A stretch of 64,000 nt of DNA from a bacterium (GCA_963662285.2 CAXXMV010000008.1:1024001-1088000); one strand, 5' to 3'. Positions 28,801 through 36,817 are shown, counted from the first letter of the stretch. Notes: a model not told the origin generated them from the sequence alone. Translations and numbers: made by a program.

Positions 28801-30745
28801 CCAATCCAGGTTCATTGGATATCTCCGTTGGCGTTGGAGTAGGCAATACAGGCGTTGGCGTCGGTAATGGTTCCGCTGGCGTAGGAGTTAATGTTGGCGT
28901 GGGAGTATCAGTCGGAGTTGATATAGGTGTATCAGTGGGTAAAACAGGCGTTGGCGTAGGTAGAATCCCATCAGTCCTACATATACGAAAACCACTGCCG
29001 TAGTACCCGAAGTCGGGATCGCTCCCGTAACGGCTCGCGGAACGACAGTACCTGGCATCGTAGCTCCAGCAGCCGCCCCGAAGAACCCTATAAATACCTG
29101 AGTTAGTAACAACGGGATCGATTACAGGAGTAGAAGGATAGTCACTATACCAATCCTGACACCACTCCCACACATTACCACTCATGTCAAACAAACCCCA
29201 GCGATTTGGCAATTTCGTAGCTACTTCTTTGGTTATATAGCCACTATTACCGTCATACCAAGCGTAGTCATTGATCTGTGAATCATTGGGATCATCTCCC
29301 CAATAAAAGCGTTCTGTCGTTCCTGCACGGCAGGCGTACTCCCACTCCGCTTCTGTGGGTAAACGAAATGTTCCTTGGCCCATCTGGTTCAGTTTAGTAA
29401 TGAACTCCTGGCAATCGTTCCATGATACTTGTTCAACTGGATTGTTTGGCATTTCACTAAAATAAGAGGGATTGTTTCCCATCACCGCTTCCCATTGGGC
29501 TTGAGTCACTTCATACTTCCCAATGTAGAAATCCTGTGTAAGAGTGACTTGATGCTGCGTCTCGTCAGAACCACGATCTTTATCACTTGACGGCGATCCC
29601 ATCATAAAGGTTCCTGCAGTGATGAACACCATCTCCAGCGGTTTGGCGCCTTCGGGGAGATCGGGAATATCGACTGTGATAGTTTCTATCTCCAGCGTCG
29701 GCGTGGGGGTTTTTGTCGGAGTTGGCATTGGCGTATTAGTAGGTGCAACAGGCTTTGTCTCATCATAAGTCCTGCACAAACGAAAACCCCTGCTGACGTT
29801 CATGTAGTAGGGGCCAAGTGCGTCACGGAACGCAGAACGGCAGTACCAGCTTTCGCTGCCCCAGCTGCCGCCCCGGTACACCCTGGTACTACCTGAATTT
29901 TCACCTTTTGGATCAACTATTGATCCCCGGTTGCTTGGTTCTTCCCACCAATCATTACACCATTCCCACACGTTGCCATGCATATCATATAGGTTCCAGG
30001 GATTGGGCTGTTTCAAGCCCACTTCTTTCGCGCCTGCTTCATTGCCGCTATAGGTATTATTTCCCTTCCACCACATATATTGATCGCCAATTTCTCTATA
30101 TGAATCTCCAAAATCAGGTATTTCCAAAGCGTTACCAAATGAAAAACGGGTTCGGGTTCCCGCCCGGCAAGCGTATTCCCACTCCGCTTCGGTTGGCAAC
30201 CGATACCCATTGGCGGTCCAATCAGTAGTCCAGTCCGATTCGTTATAAACCGGCGTTAATCCCTGTTGCTTACTAAGTTCGTTACAGAAACTCGCTGCAT
30301 TAATCCAAGTTACTTGTTCAACCGGATTGTCCGGTTTGTTTTGGAAACCGGATGGATTGTCGTCCATAACCGCTTGATATTGCGCCTGAGTAACTTCATA
30401 TCGCCCGATATAGAAATATTTTGTAAGAGTAACTTGATGAGGCGCCCACTCTAAATATTCATCTCTCCCCCGCTCATCCGCTGGCGATCCCATAGTAAAT
30501 GTCCCCGCCGGGATTAAAACCATTTCCAGCGGTTTGGCGTCTTCGGGGAGATTGGGGATATTGGGGATATCGACGATATCAGTATCTATTGTTTTTATAA
30601 TGAATGGTTTGAAATAGGCGGTGTGAGATGTAGCAGTATCTATTGTATTTATAGTGAATGGTTTATAATTGGCTGTATGAGTTGATGGATACACGCTTAG
30701 TGCGATTGTAAAAAACAGGAAAGTGGAAATAAAACAATGGCGCAT
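25829..30745 (-). CDS. Giant secreted protein: 2 FGE-sulfatase/CLec-fold domains, Ig-like domains, inactive clan-CD domain, 2 C-terminal IPGGF domains
   Basis: Two FGE motif sets and the shared C-terminal block. Start at ATG 30745 (MRHCF) with AGGAG RBS and a signal peptide; the ORF track gives 30799. Confidence 0.9.
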   Translation of the reverse strand: MRHCFISTFLFFTIALSVYPSTHTANYKPFTINTIDTATSHTAYFKPFIIKTIDTDIVDIPNIPNLPEDAKPLEMVLIPAGTFTMGSPADERGRDEYLEWAPHQVTLTKYFYIGRYEVTQAQYQAVMDDNPSGFQNKPDNPVEQVTWINAASFCNELSKQQGLTPVYNESDWTTDWTANGYRLPTEAEWEYACRAGTRTRFSFGNALEIPDFGDSYREIGDQYMWWKGNNTYSGNEAGAKEVGLKQPNPWNLYDMHGNVWEWCNDWWEEPSNRGSIVDPKGENSGSTRVYRGGSWGSESWYCRSAFRDALGPYYMNVSRGFRLCRTYDETKPVAPTNTPMPTPTKTPTPTLEIETITVDIPDLPEGAKPLEMVFITAGTFMMGSPSSDKDRGSDETQHQVTLTQDFYIGKYEVTQAQWEAVMGNNPSYFSEMPNNPVEQVSWNDCQEFITKLNQMGQGTFRLPTEAEWEYACRAGTTERFYWGDDPNDSQINDYAWYDGNSGYITKEVATKLPNRWGLFDMSGNVWEWCQDWYSDYPSTPVIDPVVTNSGIYRVLRGGCWSYDARYCRSASRYGSDPDFGYYGSGFRICRTDGILPTPTPVLPTDTPISTPTDTPTPTLTPTPAEPLPTPTPVLPTPTPTEISNEPGLEITTLELLRRCNGKSVVFTVNVEGVNGFNEKVDLYTPNAPNGFDVRFVPNPVVPPAVSRLILTPNSDNNIFDSITSRGLVEKFSIKGSSPSKSDSEEASIEILTRGYTTLDGDVVYREPIPIYLASPSKLDETAGSTVVVKGQIRSYTGISDVFVRALRPGDSNPVTEKVTVSDRGGYFEAEFLVENSDQLINDPDDVQWRIDASFDIGLNYLPLRGQSEPLFIPVGSIRANLPGKVKYRSVVQSQSLENYTGHVIIVGGKDGDDISAGQIEKLTGSIYKSLVSERRLTDDSVTLLSHSSNPQLDVESSEQGLIDAVDQASEAEFLLLYLIGSGERGVFYFASGTPLNGPTLAEILSPRCRDANKRTLVIIDIQQAGFLRDRLPTHKGLEIIASTGDQHPAIFSDSQGQPFSFSDLFFDAILSGKTVYKSLAYARNQLRRIQEPNIAQVPEPLESDLKEEFASLIIGSAFVEEDESINDNLPPAIEGVPASIEHVRGEPLVLEAAIRDEETHDKDSSGEDVVLSVRISQLETNVSKEISELEYITYDSSTDKFHLNIDNFPNSLFGDYAPNGQYSLSLLVQDNSDNSTAPAITSIDVVPSSADPVLKPDPIKTYEFDQNDIGANGWAEIPGGFSGNAPGTVSFLDFSFDPSLVPSSEDKKALAVTIQKKQITMFFALEPIATEGKPLLIRASMRANSPNAGVWLTALKGNLSSGVNVDNSQSLITSSNSSVISTMEQNLVVLYHPVGEELVTPVVQVAGLDAEGVTTVLIDRIEAYQIDQDSVYPSELFSTLPGDSGSTQVVNDLNPIVEYEFSKPNLQAMKWQEIPGGFTEESPGMVFASDFSHDANLLPSSNDRRGLAFSVQSGQVAFTYSKESLPYTGYPYLFKMQVQSDAPDASLWLVGLKGNLNLNEGVDGSLGFRQWANVANCTGKEQTMFLLYEPDSSSWMTPALQVASKSEASQNIIRIDSLQIYSLEPGQAYPGTIFMSKK
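28985..29080 (-). repeat. DGR variable-region-like segment (second FGE domain of 25829..30745)
   Basis: TGC TGG AGC TAC GAT GCC AGG TAC TGT CGT TCC GCG AGC CGT TAC GGG AGC GAT CCC GAC TTC GGG TAC TAC GGC AGT GGT TTT CGT; derivable by A-only changes from WNNNARNCRSANRNRNNPDNRNNNNGFR. Confidence 0.7.
29780..29875 (-). repeat. DGR variable-region-like segment (first FGE domain of 25829..30745)
   Basis: RGGSWGSESWYCRSAFRDALGPYYMNVSRGFR; many NNC codons at the variable sites, but more diverged than its siblings. Confidence 0.5.
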
Positions 30746-30790
30746 GATAGCGGTTCTCCTTGAAAATAATTTTCCTATAATCGTTACAAA

Positions 30791-30812
30791 AAAAATCACG
30801 GCAGTGACTTTT
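30791..30812. other. Hairpin 45 nt downstream of the C-terminal variable region; candidate DGR homing stem-loop or weak terminator
   Basis: AAAAATCAC-GGCA-GTGACTTTT on the plus strand: 9-bp stem with one mismatch and a 4-nt loop; followed by a T run on the coding strand. Confidence 0.45.
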
Positions 30813-30856
30813 GACGCAGTAAAATGGAAAAAGGCAAAGGATAAAAGCTAACAGGT

Positions 30857-31954
30857 CTACTGAGTTCTGGATAGACGAAATCCAAAGTAGTAGCTCGCGT
30901 AGTCAGGTCCGTTGCCGCCGCGATCCGCCGAACGGCAGCTATCGGCGCTGTAGTTCCATACACCGCCGCGAAGCACTCTATAGTTACCAGAGTTAGTAAC
31001 AACGGGATCGATCTCAGGCGTGGAGGAATAGCCGCTATACGTATCCTGACACCATTCATACACGTTGCCGATCATATCAAACAAGTTCCAGGGATTTGGC
31101 AATTTCGTACCTACTTCTTTGGCGCCATTGACGATGTTGTTACCGCCATACCAAGCGTAATCTTCGATTTGCGTATAGTTAGGATCATCTCCCCAATAAA
31201 AGCGTTCTGTCGTTCCTGCACGGCAGGCGTATTCCCACTCCGCCTCTGTGGGTAGACGAAACGTTCCTAGATCCATCTGGTTCAGTTTAGAAATGAATTC
31301 CAGGCAATCATTCCATGAGACTTGTTCAACCGGATTGTTTGGATTACCAATGAAATATGAGGGATTGTTTCCCATAACCGCTTCCCATTGGGCTTGAGTC
31401 ACTTCATATTTCCCCATATAAAAGGATTTGCTGATTGTTACCTGGTGCTGTGGGCCTTCATCGGAACCTCGATCTTGTTCGCTATCCGGGCTTCCCATAG
31501 TAAAACTCCCCGCCGGGATCAATACCATCTCCAGCGGTTTGGCGCCTTGGGGAAGGTTTGGTAAAGGAATCGTAAAGTCTTCTATAAAATGGTCATCCGC
31601 AGTTACCGCAACGCCAAACAGAGTATTGAATACGCCTGGCATATCCTTCCCTGCATCCCAAATAACATGCTTGTTTTCTCCTGGAACCACTAAACCAACA
31701 TCGCCCGACAAACTTTCAGGGATTATGTTATATGTCGCTCCATTGTTATCCGAGAACCTTATGGAAATCATCAATTGTGAACTGTCCGGATCATCAACAT
31801 CATAATAGACATCCAGCAACTTTGATCCATCCGTCCGCTGTTCCGCACGAACGTTGCTGACAAACGGCGGTTCAGCGGCAAAAGCGCAGAATGACACAAA
31901 AAGGAAACCTATCAATAAACTAGTTCTCAAATACATCAAGCGTGATCCGGCCAT
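30857..31954 (-). CDS. Secreted single FGE-sulfatase/CLec-fold protein with an N-terminal Ig-like domain; canonical DGR-target layout
   Basis: Start at ATG 31954 (GGAG 7 nt upstream) gives signal peptide MAGSRLMYLRTSLLIGFLFVSFCAFA; the FGE domain ends GFRLSRTQ at the stop. The ORF track gives 32107. Confidence 0.88.
   Translation of the reverse strand: MAGSRLMYLRTSLLIGFLFVSFCAFAAEPPFVSNVRAEQRTDGSKLLDVYYDVDDPDSSQLMISIRFSDNNGATYNIIPESLSGDVGLVVPGENKHVIWDAGKDMPGVFNTLFGVAVTADDHFIEDFTIPLPNLPQGAKPLEMVLIPAGSFTMGSPDSEQDRGSDEGPQHQVTISKSFYMGKYEVTQAQWEAVMGNNPSYFIGNPNNPVEQVSWNDCLEFISKLNQMDLGTFRLPTEAEWEYACRAGTTERFYWGDDPNYTQIEDYAWYGGNNIVNGAKEVGTKLPNPWNLFDMIGNVYEWCQDTYSGYSSTPEIDPVVTNSGNYRVLRGGVWNYSADSCRSADRGGNGPDYASYYFGFRLSRTQ
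30875..30970 (-). repeat. DGR variable-region-like segment at the gene 3' end
   Basis: TGG AAC TAC AGC GCC GAT AGC TGC CGT TCG GCG GAT CGC GGC GGC AAC GGA CCT GAC TAC GCG AGC TAC TAC TTT GGA TTT CGT, then five codons to the stop. Confidence 0.7.
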
Positions 31955-32048
31955 AGTCATGCTCCAAATGTGAATTAAATATATCCAACCTCTAAAAGTA
32001 TGCCTCTGATTGGAATTACCAGTCACATATTTTATCAAAATATATAAC

Positions 32049-32071
32049 ATGTTGAGAAGGCTTCTCAACAT
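32049..32071. promoter_or_regulatory. Perfect inverted repeat upstream of the giant-protein cluster, candidate operator
   Basis: ATGTTGAGAAG-G-CTTCTCAACAT, 11-bp arms with a 1-nt centre, about 95 bp upstream of the ATG at 31954. Confidence 0.4.
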
Positions 32072-32258
32072 TAATGGCAGGAAATCGAGAATCATTTCAT
32101 TACTCAAACATATGCATCTTGTAAATCATGCATTTGGCTTGCGGCGTCAATGTTTTTGTAAGGTTTTTAACATGGATGCCACACTATGGGGAGATATTTC
32201 TTATGCGGTATTAATAGAGTTTTTCTGAATACCTATGTTAATCAATTATTGATTATAA

Positions 32259-33209
32259 TCATATATCTAAAAAGGTGGATAATTGGTCGAATTGAAATTG
32301 TCGCTGAATCCAGTTAACAAACATTTGGCCATTACTGTCAGCTGAATTTTTATTATTATCATCCTGATTAATTAACAAGGCGCATGTTTTTATTAATTCA
32401 TGCTGGAGATTTTTATCGCTGTTAACCAGTTCCACGTTATTTTTATCGTTCAAGAATGCATACCACTGGTCAATCGATGCAGAGGATGATGAACTATAGA
32501 AGATGTGATTACCTATCTTTTTTTTATGATCCATTTTGTGAATCCATTTGGGGGTGATGTTGTATCTGCAATAGTGATTGGCGCCCTCCGTCGGATCTTG
32601 CCCCAATTTAGAATACGCATTCCACGCCGCCTTAAAGCACTCTTTCCAGTAACGTACTTGGGGCTTAAACAGTTTTCGATAATTCGGATCGTTCTGATTA
32701 AAGCATGAGAATTGATATGGTTTCAAGATAACTTCACGTAGCGTTTTTCCAAACCATTTCCTCTCTTTCAACCGATTCATCACAACATAGCCAATCGCCA
32801 GTTTGCCCTCATACGATTCCGACCGCGACTCACCATAAATACACATGGTTAATAGGGTCAATTCGTTCTGGCGCCATAGAGTCTGATCTACTTCAGGTAA
32901 ATGCTCTTCTACATTATTTGAGGTAAGAACCTGATCACTCTCAATTTCTTCCTCTGGAAGGAAACTAGAGGAAATTTTACCGATATTTTTAAGATTACGG
33001 TCTGATTTTTTATAAATATTTTCACCGGTTAAGAGGACTGAAGGATCGACGCCAAAGCCAATAGGTTCTATCTGATTATCAAATGCGATAACAGGCGATA
33101 GATTCGGCTCATAAGAGAAATTACCCACTGGAGTGATAATCGTCGAAGCGCATGCGGAGAAGAAAACCAATCCGATAATATACATATAAATAAACAGTTT
33201 CTGTTTCAT
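32259..33209 (-). CDS. Cell-wall hydrolase (SleB/CwlJ, Hydrolase_2 family), probable lipoprotein
   Basis: LTMCIYGESRSESYEGKLAIGYVVMNR, YQFSCFN, DPTEGANHY, KIGNHIFY; lipobox FSAC. Confidence 0.9.
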   Translation of the reverse strand: MKQKLFIYMYIIGLVFFSACASTIITPVGNFSYEPNLSPVIAFDNQIEPIGFGVDPSVLLTGENIYKKSDRNLKNIGKISSSFLPEEEIESDQVLTSNNVEEHLPEVDQTLWRQNELTLLTMCIYGESRSESYEGKLAIGYVVMNRLKERKWFGKTLREVILKPYQFSCFNQNDPNYRKLFKPQVRYWKECFKAAWNAYSKLGQDPTEGANHYCRYNITPKWIHKMDHKKKIGNHIFYSSSSSASIDQWYAFLNDKNNVELVNSDKNLQHELIKTCALLINQDDNNKNSADSNGQMFVNWIQRQFQFDQLSTFLDI

Positions 33210-33589
33210 TTTAAATAATCAACTTTGTATTTTTTAATCTTATTTTAATCAGGTTAAAATAGAAATTAAAATAAAATGCAATTTAATTTAATTCAATTTT
33301 AGTAGTTTACATAAATATATGCGTATTGACGTAATATTGAGAATCGCACTAGTTTCTCATGAAGATAGTATCTTGTCAATAATCGATAAAGAAAATGATA
33401 CTTCGTATATAACGTAACCTGGTCATAGGCTAATACTTGATTGATCATTCAAGTTCAAGACGCCATACAAAATGTACAAGTTAAGGCCAGACTGAAATGC
33501 AGTAATCCGGCCCTATTGAATAGATAATCGCAGCATAATAACCGTATCCATTTGACAGCGCTTGTGAATTTCTGTTTTTCATTATTCCT

Positions 33590-36500
33590 TTACTTGGCAG
33601 CGGAAACAGTTCCTATTTGAACCAGTAGTTCATGCCAGAAATCCAGGAAGTTGATTGTCTTGTATGAATGGGGTAAGCGAATGCCAATCTTATTACCAAA
33701 AAATCTTTTAGATGGAGAGAGAAAGAACTGATCTTCTAATGATCCCATAAGGCGTAAATTAATACCCTCAAGGAGGACATTCAACCCGATTTGCGAATAG
33801 TAGAATTTGCTAACCTTATAACGCGCCAGATTCAAGTCGGATTGCCCGCTTAATTCTATGATTCTGAGTAATGTTTCCTGACTTATTATTCCCTCCTCAT
33901 CCGATACGCTTTGGATTTTGATGTCCAACTTTTCTGGTATAGGCAATTCGTCTGAACCAAAGGGAGGAAGAATTAATTGCGTATTGTTCATGGTTCCACT
34001 CAAGACGCCGGTTATCATTCCATATTGGTAATACGCCGCAAGTTGTTCGAGATCAAATTGTTGAATCTCTGCACTGAATCCTACTATCGTATTTCCGCCG
34101 AACGATTGACGCAAAAACAGATCTCTTACGATTAACTTTCCCCCAAATATATCTAATCCAATATCACCGATAATTTCTGAGCGATCTCCGGTATAAACAA
34201 CTCTTCGAATATTTCCCGATAGAGTTCCATTAGACGGTACGATAGGTAGTAATGCAGCTATTTTTGTTAACTCGAGTTTATCAAGAGAAATCAGACCTTC
34301 TAAAATGGGTGAAGATAGCCAATCTTTGACGTGCAAATCCTTGAATCCAATATTCCCACCAAATAAGGGAAGGGTAAAATCAGAAACTAAATGAAGAGAG
34401 TCTGTCATAATAGGGATGGAAAAGGAGACATTTTCATACTTGGTTCCATCCAAATCGACGAGTTTCGCTTCAAACAAAACGGTACGGTTTTCTAAGGTCG
34501 ATTCATTTATAGGAAAAACAACAGGAATTGTAAGAACCGCATCTTTTATCATTAAAGACAAGGCTTCGTTATACAATAAATTTTCTATACGCAGAACAAG
34601 ATTCCCGTCCAGGTTCCAGTTTTCATCCACTATGCTACAGCGAATCCGACAATCAGATTTCCCGTTAATTAACAGTGGAATTTTATATTCCTCTTCACTT
34701 GCCAGGAGATATTGCTCGATAATTGGGATAAAAAATCTTTCGATATCTAAATTAGAAGCATTAAGAACAAGTTCTGAAGCAATATCGCCATCAATAGTAA
34801 TCTCTCCACCACCGGGGAGATTAATTAATACATTGATTATCTGATTATTCTCAATTCCGGTTTGCATAACCAGCGTTTCGTTCTTCCATTCATAATCGTT
34901 TACGCCGAATGAGATATAAGGCGTCGCCATCTTGAGCGCTAAAGAACAATGTTGCGTTGAACCGTTTTGCCAGTTACCGTTGTAACCAAAATCACGTAAT
35001 TGCACTCCGAATGTCAAATCATCTGATAAAGAGTACAAGGTAAGATCAGAACAAGAGCCTTCAAAATTAACATGTTTAAAGTCACCCCATCCATGAAAAG
35101 TGATATCACCCATTCCTTCGATTTCATTTCCCCAATAAGGCAGAATCGACCGGACATGAGCCACACTATCTTCAAGAGGAATCACGCCTTCAATAGACCA
35201 TTTGTTATATGTATCAATCCAACCGGATATGGACTTAGTAATCTCAGTATCAGCTTTGAGAATATTAACTTTCCCCTTGCCGGTTTTCCTCGAATAAGCG
35301 CCTTCTAACTGTATTTCAGGCGTTAACATCAATTCTTGAGTACCATTTACCGGCATGGCGGCATGTATGACGCTATCCGCCTTAAATATATCGGCTTTAA
35401 TGGAGCCATTAATGGAAAAGTCCATACGGGCGTCATCAATCCGTATATTACCAAAACCTCCTTTTAGATTTGAAAGATTTAATTTTCCATCGTAATTCTC
35501 AATCTCATTTAAGTTCCCGGAAACATTGCCATTTGCAGATATCACGCCCGTAATAGAATCAAAACCTTCCAGCAAATCACCAGGTATAAAAGAAATAAAA
35601 TTATCTATAGATTTAGGATTGATTTTTCCAGAAGCATCCCATGCTAATGTTGCTGATTTCAGTGGATCATTAAATGTAACAGAATATTGGTCAAGAATCT
35701 CCATCGAGCCATTAATCAACAAAGGCAATGTGTTTTCAGTACTTGGATGATATGTAATGTCCATTGTCCCTGAAGGGACTGGGAAGGCGCCCCAAAAACC
35801 GTCATGATATTGACCGGAGGAGTGTACCAAGGAAAGAGTAGCTCCCCTTATATATTTTGCCTCATCAAAAGAAACTAAAGATTGAATGGCGGCGTCCTGC
35901 ATAAATGCTGATGAAGATTCGACTATATCAGCACTGATATTCCGTAACGACATCTGTGATTCGGCGAGTAATCCGTTTTGATCATCTACATGAATACTAG
36001 AAGTTCCATTCAAAACAAGGGACAAAGCAATGGGAGATGACAATGAAAGTGGAACATGATTCAGATTGATTGCCGCTTCTTTAAGATCGTATCTGATTAG
36101 ATCAATCGTAGCATGTGCTTGCGCCCGGTAATCATCCTTATGATTCCAGGGATACAAAGTAATCTCTGATTCAGCAAAATTACCTGTCGGTTCAATCCGT
36201 ATATTTCCATCATAAAGATAATCATTTTCAATCCAGGGAATTTCAAGGCTTGCATTTGAAAAGCGAATGGATTCGATAATGGACATACTTGATTGAATTG
36301 CATCGGATGCAATAACTGGCGACTGAGAGGCGGCTGGTATAATTGAAGAATCTGATATTGATAAGAGAGATAGAGGATATACGAGTAGTTGATCAAAAGA
36401 TATCTGCAACCGTTGTTGATTATCAGTTTCGCGCCAAAGCCCACTGAAATCTGATACAAAAGCGATCATGTCCGTCCCCGATAAAACCGATATACCAGAC

Positions 36501-36817
36501 GCAGAGAGGTTGGGATAAAGTCTCAATATGCGGGAAATGGTAGTTTTTTTAGCATTGATATGATAAGGAATGTCAGGTAATATATTGTGGATGGAAAGAT
36601 CGGATATCATAATATAATCGGGAACAAACCAACTTAATGATCGCCATTCTGCGTCAATGCCTGCGACCTCCCGTATTTTGTTTTGTAGAAAAGCATGCGA
36701 TTTCGGATGATTGATCAGAAGGTAAAAGAGAATAAAACAAATCAAAAAAAGCCCAAATAGAATCAGAGTAATTCTAATAAGGATTTTTGATATTCTATTG
36801 AATCTGGTAATCTTCAT
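33590..36817 (-). CDS. YdbH/AsmA-like intermembrane bridge protein
   Basis: N-terminal TM anchor, long beta-rich body, LPLFGGNI and LDIFGGKL repeats, FDLEQLAAYYQYGMITGVLSG and FYYSQIGL C-terminal motifs. Confidence 0.65.
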   Translation of the reverse strand: MKITRFNRISKILIRITLILFGLFLICFILFYLLINHPKSHAFLQNKIREVAGIDAEWRSLSWFVPDYIMISDLSIHNILPDIPYHINAKKTTISRILRLYPNLSASGISVLSGTDMIAFVSDFSGLWRETDNQQRLQISFDQLLVYPLSLLSISDSSIIPAASQSPVIASDAIQSSMSIIESIRFSNASLEIPWIENDYLYDGNIRIEPTGNFAESEITLYPWNHKDDYRAQAHATIDLIRYDLKEAAINLNHVPLSLSSPIALSLVLNGTSSIHVDDQNGLLAESQMSLRNISADIVESSSAFMQDAAIQSLVSFDEAKYIRGATLSLVHSSGQYHDGFWGAFPVPSGTMDITYHPSTENTLPLLINGSMEILDQYSVTFNDPLKSATLAWDASGKINPKSIDNFISFIPGDLLEGFDSITGVISANGNVSGNLNEIENYDGKLNLSNLKGGFGNIRIDDARMDFSINGSIKADIFKADSVIHAAMPVNGTQELMLTPEIQLEGAYSRKTGKGKVNILKADTEITKSISGWIDTYNKWSIEGVIPLEDSVAHVRSILPYWGNEIEGMGDITFHGWGDFKHVNFEGSCSDLTLYSLSDDLTFGVQLRDFGYNGNWQNGSTQHCSLALKMATPYISFGVNDYEWKNETLVMQTGIENNQIINVLINLPGGGEITIDGDIASELVLNASNLDIERFFIPIIEQYLLASEEEYKIPLLINGKSDCRIRCSIVDENWNLDGNLVLRIENLLYNEALSLMIKDAVLTIPVVFPINESTLENRTVLFEAKLVDLDGTKYENVSFSIPIMTDSLHLVSDFTLPLFGGNIGFKDLHVKDWLSSPILEGLISLDKLELTKIAALLPIVPSNGTLSGNIRRVVYTGDRSEIIGDIGLDIFGGKLIVRDLFLRQSFGGNTIVGFSAEIQQFDLEQLAAYYQYGMITGVLSGTMNNTQLILPPFGSDELPIPEKLDIKIQSVSDEEGIISQETLLRIIELSGQSDLNLARYKVSKFYYSQIGLNVLLEGINLRLMGSLEDQFFLSPSKRFFGNKIGIRLPHSYKTINFLDFWHELLVQIGTVSAAK

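Noticed and set aside
16811-31059. Short minus-strand ORFs beginning MSGV[KR]IRIAAIPPRLRSI or MNGVRIRIAAIPPRLRSI (16811, 17804, 30796) and similar
   Set aside because: They recur only because they are out-of-frame readings of the repeated FGE DNA.
12264-31954. FGE domains as true formylglycine-generating enzymes
   Set aside because: They lack the catalytic Cys pair of the RGGS-x-x-C-x-x-x-x-C motif, and that region is the hypervariable one, which fits a binding role.
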